From: a bacterium
GTDB lineage: Bacteria > Patescibacteriota > Microgenomatia > Curtissbacterales > GWA2-41-24
Reading direction: 5' to 3'
DNA: 48,064 nucleotides
Assembly (NCBI GenBank): GCA_021813125.1
Contig: JAKALT010000007.1
Span: forward strand, 1-48,064
The translations under genes were made by a program, and so were the position numbers. The first letter of the stretch is position 1; the number at the start of each line of letters is the position of its first letter. Positions 28,353 to 36,863 of the stretch are shown piece by piece. Under the pieces are notes generated by a model. It worked only from the letters and a program-made list of their open reading frames with translations. It did not search any database and was not told where the DNA came from.

Positions 28353-29786
28353 TTAAATTCGGGGGAATAATGGTTTTTCTACAGAAACTTTCCCCGTAAA
28401 TTGTTCAAGTATCAAAGCCGAAGTTTGAGGTAAGAATGGCCCTAAATTAAAGCCAATTTCCCGTATTTCTTGGGCAATAGGTGAAATCACTCGTTTTAAA
28501 TCAGCACTTTCCAACTCCCAGGGCTTTTCCTCATTAATTTTTTTATCAAGAACCGAAATTGCGTCCCAAAGTGAAAGAATTGCTAAATCAAACCGGTATT
28601 TTTTTAAATTATCCGAAACCGTTTTTTTAAATTTGAAATTCTTTTTCGGCGGCAGTGATAAATTTGTGTCGCTTGCCAGTCGTGCAACGCGCGCCACTAA
28701 ATTTCCAAGACCGTTTGCCAGCTCGCCGTTATAAAGGTCTTTAAATCTTTGAATCGAGAAATCACCATCTCCCCACGCCGGAATTTCCCGAAGCAAATAA
28801 AACCTTAAGGCCTCAGCTCCAAATGTTTTAACCAAATCAAACGGGTCTATGACGTTTCCCAAAGATTTGGAAATCTTTTGACCGTCGACCGTAACATATC
28901 CATGAACAAATTCTTCATCCGGCAAGGGAAGTCCGGCTGACTCAAGCATCGCAATCCAGTAAACCGCATGAAACCTTAAAATACCTTTTCCCAAAACTTG
29001 GATTTTTTTAACCTCCGAATCCTTCCAATATTCATCAAAAAGTTTTTGATCATTTGTTCCAAAACCCAAAGCCGTCAGGTAAGTTGTTAACGCGTCAAAC
29101 CATACATACATGACCTGCGAATCATCACCCGGTACTGGCACACCCCAGCCGCGCGCCCGCTCGCGCGAACGGGAAATCGAAAAATCGGCTAACCCCGATT
29201 CAATAAAACTCAGCACTTCGTTTTTTCGTGTATTGGGAATAACCAAAAGCTTATCTTTTTTGATTAAATCCTCCAAAAACTTTTGATAATTGGAAAGTTT
29301 GAAAAAATAATTTTCTTCCTCCACGTCTTCTGGTTTTGTCAGATGTTCCGGACACTTTCCGTCAACGAGCTCATCAGGAGTATAAAACTGCTCGCAGCCG
29401 ACACAATAAAGACCTTTATACTTCTTTATATAAATGTCATCCGTTTTACATAAAGACCAAAGTTTTTGGGCACCCATAAAATGGTCTCTACAGCTTGTCC
29501 TGTTAAAAACATCAAAAGTTAAATTCAATGCGTCTTTAAAGTCGAAAAACTTTTTTGAATATTTATCAACTACTTCTTGTACACTAACGCCTTCTTTTTC
29601 TGCCGTCTGGACATTTTTCAAAGAATTTTCGTCAGCGCCGTCAGAATAAAAAGTTTCAAATCCGCTTGCACGGTAAAATCTCGCCAAACAGTCTGCCTGC
29701 ACGTATTCCAGCGCGTGCCCCACATGCGGCGCCGCATTAACATAAGGAATAGCCTGTGCTATGTAAATACGCTTGTCCTTTTGCAT
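28353..29786 (-). CDS. metG: Methionyl-tRNA synthetase (short form)
   Basis: YVNAAPHVGH, YCVGCE, YVWFDAL, KISKSLGN. Confidence 0.97.
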   Translation of the reverse strand: MQKDKRIYIAQAIPYVNAAPHVGHALEYVQADCLARFYRASGFETFYSDGADENSLKNVQTAEKEGVSVQEVVDKYSKKFFDFKDALNLTFDVFNRTSCRDHFMGAQKLWSLCKTDDIYIKKYKGLYCVGCEQFYTPDELVDGKCPEHLTKPEDVEEENYFFKLSNYQKFLEDLIKKDKLLVIPNTRKNEVLSFIESGLADFSISRSRERARGWGVPVPGDDSQVMYVWFDALTTYLTALGFGTNDQKLFDEYWKDSEVKKIQVLGKGILRFHAVYWIAMLESAGLPLPDEEFVHGYVTVDGQKISKSLGNVIDPFDLVKTFGAEALRFYLLREIPAWGDGDFSIQRFKDLYNGELANGLGNLVARVARLASDTNLSLPPKKNFKFKKTVSDNLKKYRFDLAILSLWDAISVLDKKINEEKPWELESADLKRVISPIAQEIREIGFNLGPFLPQTSALILEQFTGKVSVEKPLFPRI

Positions 29787-29847
29787 GTGTGTAATTCTAG
29801 CAAATCACCAAACAAGTACCAATATCAAATTTTTCTAAAACTAAAAG

Positions 29848-31254
29848 TCAGGAAATAGGGTATTTGGTTGGAGATTTAATAAATGAAACAAGACCGCCAA
29901 GATAGGAGACTTTGTATTTCTCTTTCACAATTACCTTATCGTATATATCTGGAAATGTTTTTGTAGAATCATATTTTTCCCTCAGCTTATCGTATTTTTG
30001 GCGATCATAAATCGACCAAAATTCAGATTCTGGATAGTAACACTGGGCGTAAAGAATTTTTCTGCCGCCTAACTCCAAAGTCTTTTTTTCTATTTTCCGA
30101 TTCAAATTTAATATTTTTTTAAAGTCTTTAATTAACTTTCCCCAAACACCAACATTGATGATCAAGTCAGTACTCATAAATATCGGTGACAAAAAAGCAT
30201 CCTTTATTGGCCTAAGAGGGCAAAACCAAAGTGGATAAATATTAATGTTTTTATCAAGATAATCAAGAAAAGTGAATATTTTATCGGCGGATAAACTAAT
30301 ATCTTGCGTTATTGTTTGCTGAGAAGTTTTTAGTGCTTGTAAAAAGCGAAACATTGCGCGTGTTTTAAATGCAACATTAAAAAGCATACGTGTAAATCGA
30401 TTAAATGGAAACTTAAGTCGCAAGAAAGCATATCTGGATACCCAAAATGTCCCCTGGTCATATCTAAAGAAGTAATCTCTTATCGGAATGATTTCTTCCC
30501 AGCCCGACTTTTTTTCTGCATTTTTTTTGGCATGTAAATAGAACCACTCGTCGGTTGTCTTTGAAAAAGTAGTAATTGGTAAATCCACATAGTCGGTTAA
30601 TGTGCCCTCCATTACAACGCCTAAATTTTTTGAAAAAAGTATTCCGTCGACAAAGTCACTACCTCTTTTTGTCTCCTTTTTTATAACTTCTACAACTTCC
30701 TCAAAACTATTAACTTTTATATACTTTAGCCTAACGTATTTTTTTGCCGGGATAAGTTTAAGCTTGGCAGCTGAAATTATTCCAACAGATCCATACGAGC
30801 TCGCTAAACCATAAAATAAATCTGCTTTGACTTTTGGAGACGCTTTGACGACTTTCCCGTTTCCTAAAATGACCTCATATTCTAAACAACAATTGTCAAA
30901 AAGACCCCATTTAAACGAGCTGCTTTCACCAGCCCCTCCCTGAATACCTCCACCAACGGTAATTCCGGGAAATTCCATGACAACTGGAGGAATTAATCCA
31001 TGTTTAAGGGTTTCGTTAACAAGTTTATCCATTGGAACATTTGGCTCAACGATTGCGTATCTTCCATTTTTGTTCACCTTTATCACCTGATCCAAATCGC
31101 TAATATCTACAACCCCATTTTTTTTAAATGATAGAACCCTAGTAGAATTAGATGTGCCATGATAAATTCTGACTTTTCGGGAATGGGCATAATTATCTTG
31201 CATTTCCCGGCTAAGACGTACAACCTTGCGGGCATGCTTTTTAGAAGTTTCCAT
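29848..31254 (-). CDS. FAD-binding oxidoreductase, Delta(24)-sterol reductase (DHCR24/DWF1)-like
   Basis: VEPNVPMDKLV, PVVMEFPGITVGGG..GGAGESSSFKWG, SYGSVG, YFFRYD, YPLWFCP, FPDIYDKV; ATG 31254 follows the PBP stop. Confidence 0.82.
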   Translation of the reverse strand: METSKKHARKVVRLSREMQDNYAHSRKVRIYHGTSNSTRVLSFKKNGVVDISDLDQVIKVNKNGRYAIVEPNVPMDKLVNETLKHGLIPPVVMEFPGITVGGGIQGGAGESSSFKWGLFDNCCLEYEVILGNGKVVKASPKVKADLFYGLASSYGSVGIISAAKLKLIPAKKYVRLKYIKVNSFEEVVEVIKKETKRGSDFVDGILFSKNLGVVMEGTLTDYVDLPITTFSKTTDEWFYLHAKKNAEKKSGWEEIIPIRDYFFRYDQGTFWVSRYAFLRLKFPFNRFTRMLFNVAFKTRAMFRFLQALKTSQQTITQDISLSADKIFTFLDYLDKNINIYPLWFCPLRPIKDAFLSPIFMSTDLIINVGVWGKLIKDFKKILNLNRKIEKKTLELGGRKILYAQCYYPESEFWSIYDRQKYDKLREKYDSTKTFPDIYDKVIVKEKYKVSYLGGLVSFIKSPTKYPIS

Positions 31255-31256
31255 AA

Positions 31257-33602
31257 TTAAGGATTTGGAGAAGGTGTCGGGGAAGGTGCCGCGGTTTGCG
31301 GGCAGGAGACGCAATAAGATTTATCCTGGTAAACGTCCTTGATTACGATCTGTTCCTGTTCTTCAGCATTAGGCGATCCTGCAGGCACAACTTGGCCTGT
31401 AGATTTATCTACCCAAACTTTGGCTTTAACAAACGTATCCTGTCTTGGTTCAGTACCGGAAATAAAATATTCAAAATGATTATTTGGACAGGAATCATTT
31501 TTTGCTCCCCCTGTTGCCCCACAGATGTTTATGCCGACAACGCCGCTTGGAACATTAAAAGATTCATTGATCTTATCCTTCAAGACAAAAGTCATTATTT
31601 GGTTCCAAATAGGTGCCGCGCCTGTAATACCCGAAGCCAAATACTGATTCATTGGCGTGTTATCGTTATTGCCGACCCAAACTGACACTAAATAACTAGG
31701 TGTATAGCCAATTGTCCAATTGTCTCTTTTGTCATCCGTTGTTCCTGTTTTGACTGCAACGGTTTTTCCGGGGACAACAAGCCCGCTTGCCGACCCAAAC
31801 TCCATAAGCCGAGCCGAATTGTCAGAAAGTATAGAAGACATTAAAAATGAAGTTTGAGAGGAAAGTACCCGGGTTCCGGCTCTTGGGGTAAATTGATCTA
31901 AAATGTGTCCTTGCGCGTCCTCAATTTTTAATATTGGATCAAGATCAACCTTTTTTCCTTGGTTTGCAAAAACACCAAAAGCAGTAGCCATATCGACCAT
32001 CTTTACCTCACCTCCACCCAAAGTCAGCGAAAGACCGTAACGTGAAGGGTCAGTAAATGTGGTAATACCCATCGCCTCGGCTTGCGTAATCATCGCCGGT
32101 ACTCCATTTAGGGCAAGCACCTTAACAGCGGGAATATTAAAGGAATTACCAAGAGCATTTCTTACTGTCACTGCTCCATGGTATTTACCATCATAATTTA
32201 CCGGCCTATAAGGCCTTGGTCCTTCGGAAAAAGTTGTAGGCACATCCATGATTATTGTTGCCGGGGTAATCAGTTTATGCTCAAGTGCTGTTGCATAGTT
32301 AACCGGTTTTATTGATGATCCTGGTTGCCTTAGGGCAGTCGTTAAATTTACTGCCCCGTCAATTGATGCGTCGAAGTAATCCTTTGATCCAACCATTGCT
32401 AATATTTCACCAGTTGAAGGCTTGGTAACAAGAGCGGCACCGTTAGTTACATGTAAATATCCAAGCTTGTCGATATTATTTTTTACTATTTCCTGCGCTT
32501 TTTCCTGCAAATCCAGATCCAGTGTTGTTGTAACTTTTAGCCCCCCCTTAGAAACAACCATGTCGCCATATTTTTGCGCTAAATATTCCCTAACAAACAT
32601 CACAAAATGTGGTGCCTTAATATTCGTTGCAGATGGTTTGAATTGGAGCTCCTCGCCTGATGCCTCATTCGCCTGAGCTTGAGTAATATAGTGCTCGTCT
32701 ACCATCCGCTTTAAAACCAAAAGCTGACGGTCTTTTGCCCTTTTTGGGTCTTGCCCGTAAGGAGAATAATAGGTGGGTGCTACAGGAAGCCCTGCCAGGA
32801 GAGCACTTTGTGCAAGATCAAGCTCCTGGACGGGTTTGCCGAAGTATTGCTCACTTGCCGCCTCAACTCCAAAAGCTGTTCCCCCATACGGTACCTGGTT
32901 TAAATACATTTCCAAAATTTTATCTTTTGAAAAAGCCATTTCAACCCTGAACGCCAAATACAATTCTTTAGCCTTCCGGGTTAAAGTTCGCTCAGGAGAA
33001 AGAAATACGCTTTTTACCAACTGCTGGGTTATAGTTGACCCGCCCTGAATATTTCCGGCAAAAACTGTTTGACCAAAAGCCCTGGCAATTCCGTAAATAT
33101 CAAAACCCTTATGTTTATAAAAATCTTTATCTTCTATAGCAATTGTCGCGTTTTTTAAATTGGCAGGTATTTCAGAAAGCGGAACTACGGTCCTATTTTG
33201 ATCCTCGTAAATGTCATACAAGAGTTTCCCGTTTCTATCCATTATTTTTGTCGTTTGCGGAACCTGTCTGTATTCCAATTGTTTTGGGCTAGGTAAGTCT
33301 TTTGTAAAATACCAGGAGGCAAATATAAAAAGAAAAATCACCACGAGCCCAACTTTAAAGCTGCGGTCTTCTCGAATAATCGGGCGTTTTATCAAATGTC
33401 GAAGGGCCTCAACTGGCGCGGTTTTAACTAAATCTAGGTTAAATCTGCGAAGAATAGAAAAAAGGCTTTTTGCACCTTGCTTGGCTACCCATATCGTAAC
33501 ATCACCAATAAAAGCAACAAGCCTTATAAACCAAGTTAGCCCCCCCAGAAAGCTTGAAGCAATTTTAAATATGGGCTTTTGGAACAATTTAGAATCAGAC
33601 AT
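31257..33602 (-). CDS. Class A penicillin-binding protein (PBP1a family, transglycosylase/transpeptidase)
   Basis: EDKDFY.H.G, GGSTITQQL, RKAKE, YLNQ; QPGSSIKP (SxxK), SFN, KTGT. Confidence 0.96.
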   Translation of the reverse strand: MSDSKLFQKPIFKIASSFLGGLTWFIRLVAFIGDVTIWVAKQGAKSLFSILRRFNLDLVKTAPVEALRHLIKRPIIREDRSFKVGLVVIFLFIFASWYFTKDLPSPKQLEYRQVPQTTKIMDRNGKLLYDIYEDQNRTVVPLSEIPANLKNATIAIEDKDFYKHKGFDIYGIARAFGQTVFAGNIQGGSTITQQLVKSVFLSPERTLTRKAKELYLAFRVEMAFSKDKILEMYLNQVPYGGTAFGVEAASEQYFGKPVQELDLAQSALLAGLPVAPTYYSPYGQDPKRAKDRQLLVLKRMVDEHYITQAQANEASGEELQFKPSATNIKAPHFVMFVREYLAQKYGDMVVSKGGLKVTTTLDLDLQEKAQEIVKNNIDKLGYLHVTNGAALVTKPSTGEILAMVGSKDYFDASIDGAVNLTTALRQPGSSIKPVNYATALEHKLITPATIIMDVPTTFSEGPRPYRPVNYDGKYHGAVTVRNALGNSFNIPAVKVLALNGVPAMITQAEAMGITTFTDPSRYGLSLTLGGGEVKMVDMATAFGVFANQGKKVDLDPILKIEDAQGHILDQFTPRAGTRVLSSQTSFLMSSILSDNSARLMEFGSASGLVVPGKTVAVKTGTTDDKRDNWTIGYTPSYLVSVWVGNNDNTPMNQYLASGITGAAPIWNQIMTFVLKDKINESFNVPSGVVGINICGATGGAKNDSCPNNHFEYFISGTEPRQDTFVKAKVWVDKSTGQVVPAGSPNAEEQEQIVIKDVYQDKSYCVSCPQTAAPSPTPSPNP

Positions 33603-33727
33603 GATAAAAAATCAAAATCAGAAAAAGGCGAAAAACAAATGTATTCTATCCTAAAAAAAACCTTTTTGACAGAGGGTCAAAGTAGCAAAAATTAGCTCCA
33701 AGCGGTATATTATACGAAAACTAAAAT

Positions 33728-34207
33728 ATGGCAGATGATGCGGAAAAACGAGGGCCTATTGAAAAAGGCGAAAAAGGCTGGCCGATAAACCCTGTTGGTG
33801 TAGTTGCCCTTGTTATCTTTGCCATAATTATCGTGTTTTTTATAGTCAAGCCTCTTTTCCAGCAAAAGGTTGAAAATAACATTCCTCAGCAAACAAATTC
33901 CAAAGGGGGGTCGATTACCGCACCCCAGGCAGGTCAAATTATAAGATCAAATAATCTTTCTCTTCAAATTTCGATCGAGGAGCCCCAGAAAGTGAACAAA
34001 GTACAGTACTGGGCTAAAACTTATGCGGATGGAAACTGGCAAATGATAGGGGAGGTGTTATCCACCCCATATAATCTTGACTGGCAAATTCCCGATAATT
34101 TCAAAAACAAAGCAATTGCCATAACCGCCCATATTTATCAAAAGGACGGCAATATCATAAAAGATCCGGGCGGCTGGCACGAAGGCATAATAATATTGGC
34201 TCAATAA
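33728..34207 (+). CDS. Membrane-anchored protein with Ig-like domain
   Basis: Single TM; ITAP..GQ, KVQY, PYNLDW pattern of bacterial Ig-like domains. Confidence 0.65.
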   Translation: MADDAEKRGPIEKGEKGWPINPVGVVALVIFAIIIVFFIVKPLFQQKVENNIPQQTNSKGGSITAPQAGQIIRSNNLSLQISIEEPQKVNKVQYWAKTYADGNWQMIGEVLSTPYNLDWQIPDNFKNKAIAITAHIYQKDGNIIKDPGGWHEGIIILAQ

Positions 34208-34632
34208 TGCAAATTAGAGAGGCTAAACCAGAAGACTATCATCAAATTATGGTCCTTTACAACGATTTTGTAGAGGAAGACAGATATTCAAAACATGATT
34301 CCGATTCTTTCTATAAAGTTATAAAAAATCCTAATAATTTAATATATATTGCAGAATCAAAGGGTGTTTTAATTGGTTTTGCAACACTTTCCTTAAGAAA
34401 TGTAGTCAGATACCCTAAACCGATAGCAGAGTTGGACGAACTATATGTTAATCCAAAATATAGAGAAAAAGGCATCGGTAGAAAATTGGTAGAAAAAGTT
34501 GAACAAAAAGCAAAACAGCTGGATTGCTATGTCATTTATATCGAATCACACAATGATAGAAAAACAGCCCACAAATTTTATCAATCACAAGGCTATTCAA
34601 AATATGGATTTGCATTCAGAAAAAGAATTTAG
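34207..34632 (+). CDS. GNAT family N-acetyltransferase
   Basis: IREAKPED, LYVNPKYREKGIGRKL, AHKFYQSQGY. Confidence 0.93.
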   Translation: MQIREAKPEDYHQIMVLYNDFVEEDRYSKHDSDSFYKVIKNPNNLIYIAESKGVLIGFATLSLRNVVRYPKPIAELDELYVNPKYREKGIGRKLVEKVEQKAKQLDCYVIYIESHNDRKTAHKFYQSQGYSKYGFAFRKRI

Positions 34633-34640
34633 CTAAACAT

Positions 34641-35012
34641 TTAATCTTTCTTTCCCAGATAGCTCCAAAGCGCAAACAAAATAAGAGCTACAATCAGAAG
34701 CGCAATGTTAAAAAAAGTAATTAACCTTAAAACTGCCAAAATCGAAATTAATCCTGCAAAAACACCCACAAAAAAAGCCATTTTGAAAGACGTATAAAAA
34801 TACCATTTCGCGCTATAGCGTTTGTACAGTCTTGTCCTTAAAAAATACAAGACAAGTCCGAGAAACCCAAATGTTGCGAGAAAAATAAAAAGAATCAGAA
34901 TTGCATAGATATAAAATGGGGCATCATCGGGGTTAACCCCGACAACAATCCATGAAATTCCAAAAAGTGCAATAACACTAACAAGAAATATCAATGGCAA
35001 AATGCGGGCCAT
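34641..35012 (-). CDS. Hypothetical 4-TM membrane protein
   Basis: Highly hydrophobic, 123 aa; TACAAT 6 nt upstream of ATG. Confidence 0.75.
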   Translation of the reverse strand: MARILPLIFLVSVIALFGISWIVVGVNPDDAPFYIYAILILFIFLATFGFLGLVLYFLRTRLYKRYSAKWYFYTSFKMAFFVGVFAGLISILAVLRLITFFNIALLIVALILFALWSYLGKKD

Positions 35013-35023
35013 AAGTACATTGT

Positions 35024-35151
35024 AAACTCGAAATTAGAATATCGAAACTCTAAACAATTTCCCAATTTAATAAATTTATATTTTTGAAATTGCTTATGAG
35101 CGTTTGCGCACCCTTATTTGTTTCGGGTTTAGTGCTTCGGATTTCGGATTT
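35024..35151. repeat. Heptamer-built imperfect inverted repeat element
   Basis: Left AAACTCG AAATTAG AATATCG AAACTCT AAACAA; right arm reverse complement AAATCCG AAATCCG AAGCACT AAACCCG AAACAA. Confidence 0.75.
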
Positions 35152-35172
35152 TGAATTATTGTTATAATTCGC

Positions 35173-36162
35173 ATGATGGATGCCCAGACTTCATTATTGG
35201 TTGTTTCCGCTTTAGTCATTGTTGCGCTAGTTGTAATTTATTTGCAGATAAAAAAACTTACTGATTCAAAAGGCAGGGACGAAACCACAAAACTACTCAC
35301 GCAGTTAGTTTCCGATATGCGCGGTTCTATGGACAAAACCACAGACAGCATGGTCCGCCAAACTACCGCAATCAACCAGCGCCTCGATCGTGCAGCCGAA
35401 GTTATATCAACCGTCAGTAAATCCGTTGGAGAAATGACCGAACTTGGGCGTTCCATGAAAGATCTGCAGGAATTTCTGCGTTCCCCAAAAATGCGCGGAC
35501 AAATAGGGGAGGCTGTTCTAAAAGATATTTTGGGTCAAGCCCTGCCAAAGCAGCATTTTCACCTTCAATACGCTTTTAAGGGTGGTGAAATTGTGGATGC
35601 CGCATTGCAACTGGAACAGGGAATAATCCCTATCGATGCCAAATTCCCGATGGAAAATTTCCGAAAAATGCAAAAGGCCAAGGACGAAAAGGAAATCGAA
35701 CAAATCAGAAAATTATTTATTGCCGACGTCAAAAAACACATTGACGCTATTGCCACCAAATACATCCGCCCACAGGAAGGCACTTTGGATTTTGCCCTCA
35801 TGTATATTCCCTCGGAACCTGTCTATTACGAAATGATTTCTAATGCCCCGGATCTGGACGATTATGCCTACCGCAAACGCGTCCGCCCCGTATCACCTTC
35901 TACAATGTATGCATATTTACGCGCCATTATCATGTCTCTTGAAGGTAGTAAAATCGAAGCCCAGGCCGGTCAAATACTGGCAGCCCTTCGCGAAATTTCC
36001 GACGAAACCAACAAATTCGGCTCTTCTCTCTCAGTTCTCACCAAACACATCAAAAACGCTGCTGCCTCCAGTGATGACGTTAATAGCCGCTATACCCGCC
36101 TGAGCACAAAAATATCAACGGTTCAAAACCTCGAGCCGAAATCTGTTAAGAAGTTGAAATAA
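35173..36162 (+). CDS. rmuC: DNA recombination protein RmuC
   Basis: N-terminal TM plus coiled coil, RGQIGE, PIDAKFP, IATKYI, TLDFALMYIPSE, SPST. Confidence 0.93.
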   Translation: MMDAQTSLLVVSALVIVALVVIYLQIKKLTDSKGRDETTKLLTQLVSDMRGSMDKTTDSMVRQTTAINQRLDRAAEVISTVSKSVGEMTELGRSMKDLQEFLRSPKMRGQIGEAVLKDILGQALPKQHFHLQYAFKGGEIVDAALQLEQGIIPIDAKFPMENFRKMQKAKDEKEIEQIRKLFIADVKKHIDAIATKYIRPQEGTLDFALMYIPSEPVYYEMISNAPDLDDYAYRKRVRPVSPSTMYAYLRAIIMSLEGSKIEAQAGQILAALREISDETNKFGSSLSVLTKHIKNAAASSDDVNSRYTRLSTKISTVQNLEPKSVKKLK

Positions 36163-36194
36163 ACTATAGGGTATGTTATAATTCTGCTTCTATT

Positions 36195-36791
36195 ATGGAA
36201 ACAGACAGCACGATTATATCTGCTGAAACCCCAAAAGGCACTCAGGTAGAGGTGAGGGAGTCTGGTGTTGCAGGAAAAGGCTGTTTTGCCACAAAGCCTA
36301 TTAAAGAGGGTGAAACAATCCATATTTTAAGAGGAGAGCTACTTACCGGTCCGGAGATTGATCAAAGGATTATTGCTGGCGAGGAAAGACCTGATGATGA
36401 ACTCCAAATCGGTGAAAACTTATTTTTTGCCCTAGACAATCCTTCGTATTTTTTTAATCATAGCTGTGAGCCAAATGGAGGGATTCGTGGAGCCAGCGAA
36501 CTCTTCGCGTTAAGAGATATCGAAGAAGGTGAAGAAATAACTTATGATTACGCAACTACAGTCGGGGTAAAGAGAGATCCTAGCTGGTTATTGGGCAACA
36601 ATGACTGGATTATGATGTGTCGATGCGGATCGGAAAAATGTCGCGGCGAAATAAAACCAGTAACTTCAATACCAGAAAAAACACTAGATAGGTATATTCA
36701 GCGCGGAGCAATACCAGCTTTCATCAGGCAACAGCTCTCACAAATAACGCCTTGGCTGTTTGAAACACAGCAAAATAGTCTGGCCTTGTAA
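36195..36791 (+). CDS. SET domain protein-lysine methyltransferase with post-SET motif
   Basis: GKGCFA, FNHSCEPN, EEITYDY, CRCGSEKCRG. Confidence 0.93.
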   Translation: METDSTIISAETPKGTQVEVRESGVAGKGCFATKPIKEGETIHILRGELLTGPEIDQRIIAGEERPDDELQIGENLFFALDNPSYFFNHSCEPNGGIRGASELFALRDIEEGEEITYDYATTVGVKRDPSWLLGNNDWIMMCRCGSEKCRGEIKPVTSIPEKTLDRYIQRGAIPAFIRQQLSQITPWLFETQQNSLAL

Positions 36792-36863
36792 ATTTAGGGT
36801 TTTTTTAATTAAAGTAGCATAGATGTGCCTATCAATGCTCTTAGTTCGTGCTAAAATAGCCGC

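Noticed and set aside
29848-31254. DprE1 epimerase partner of the UbiA gene
   Set aside because: Lacks the GRSYGD and DIHGKNH DprE1 motifs; the motifs present fit the DHCR24-like family.
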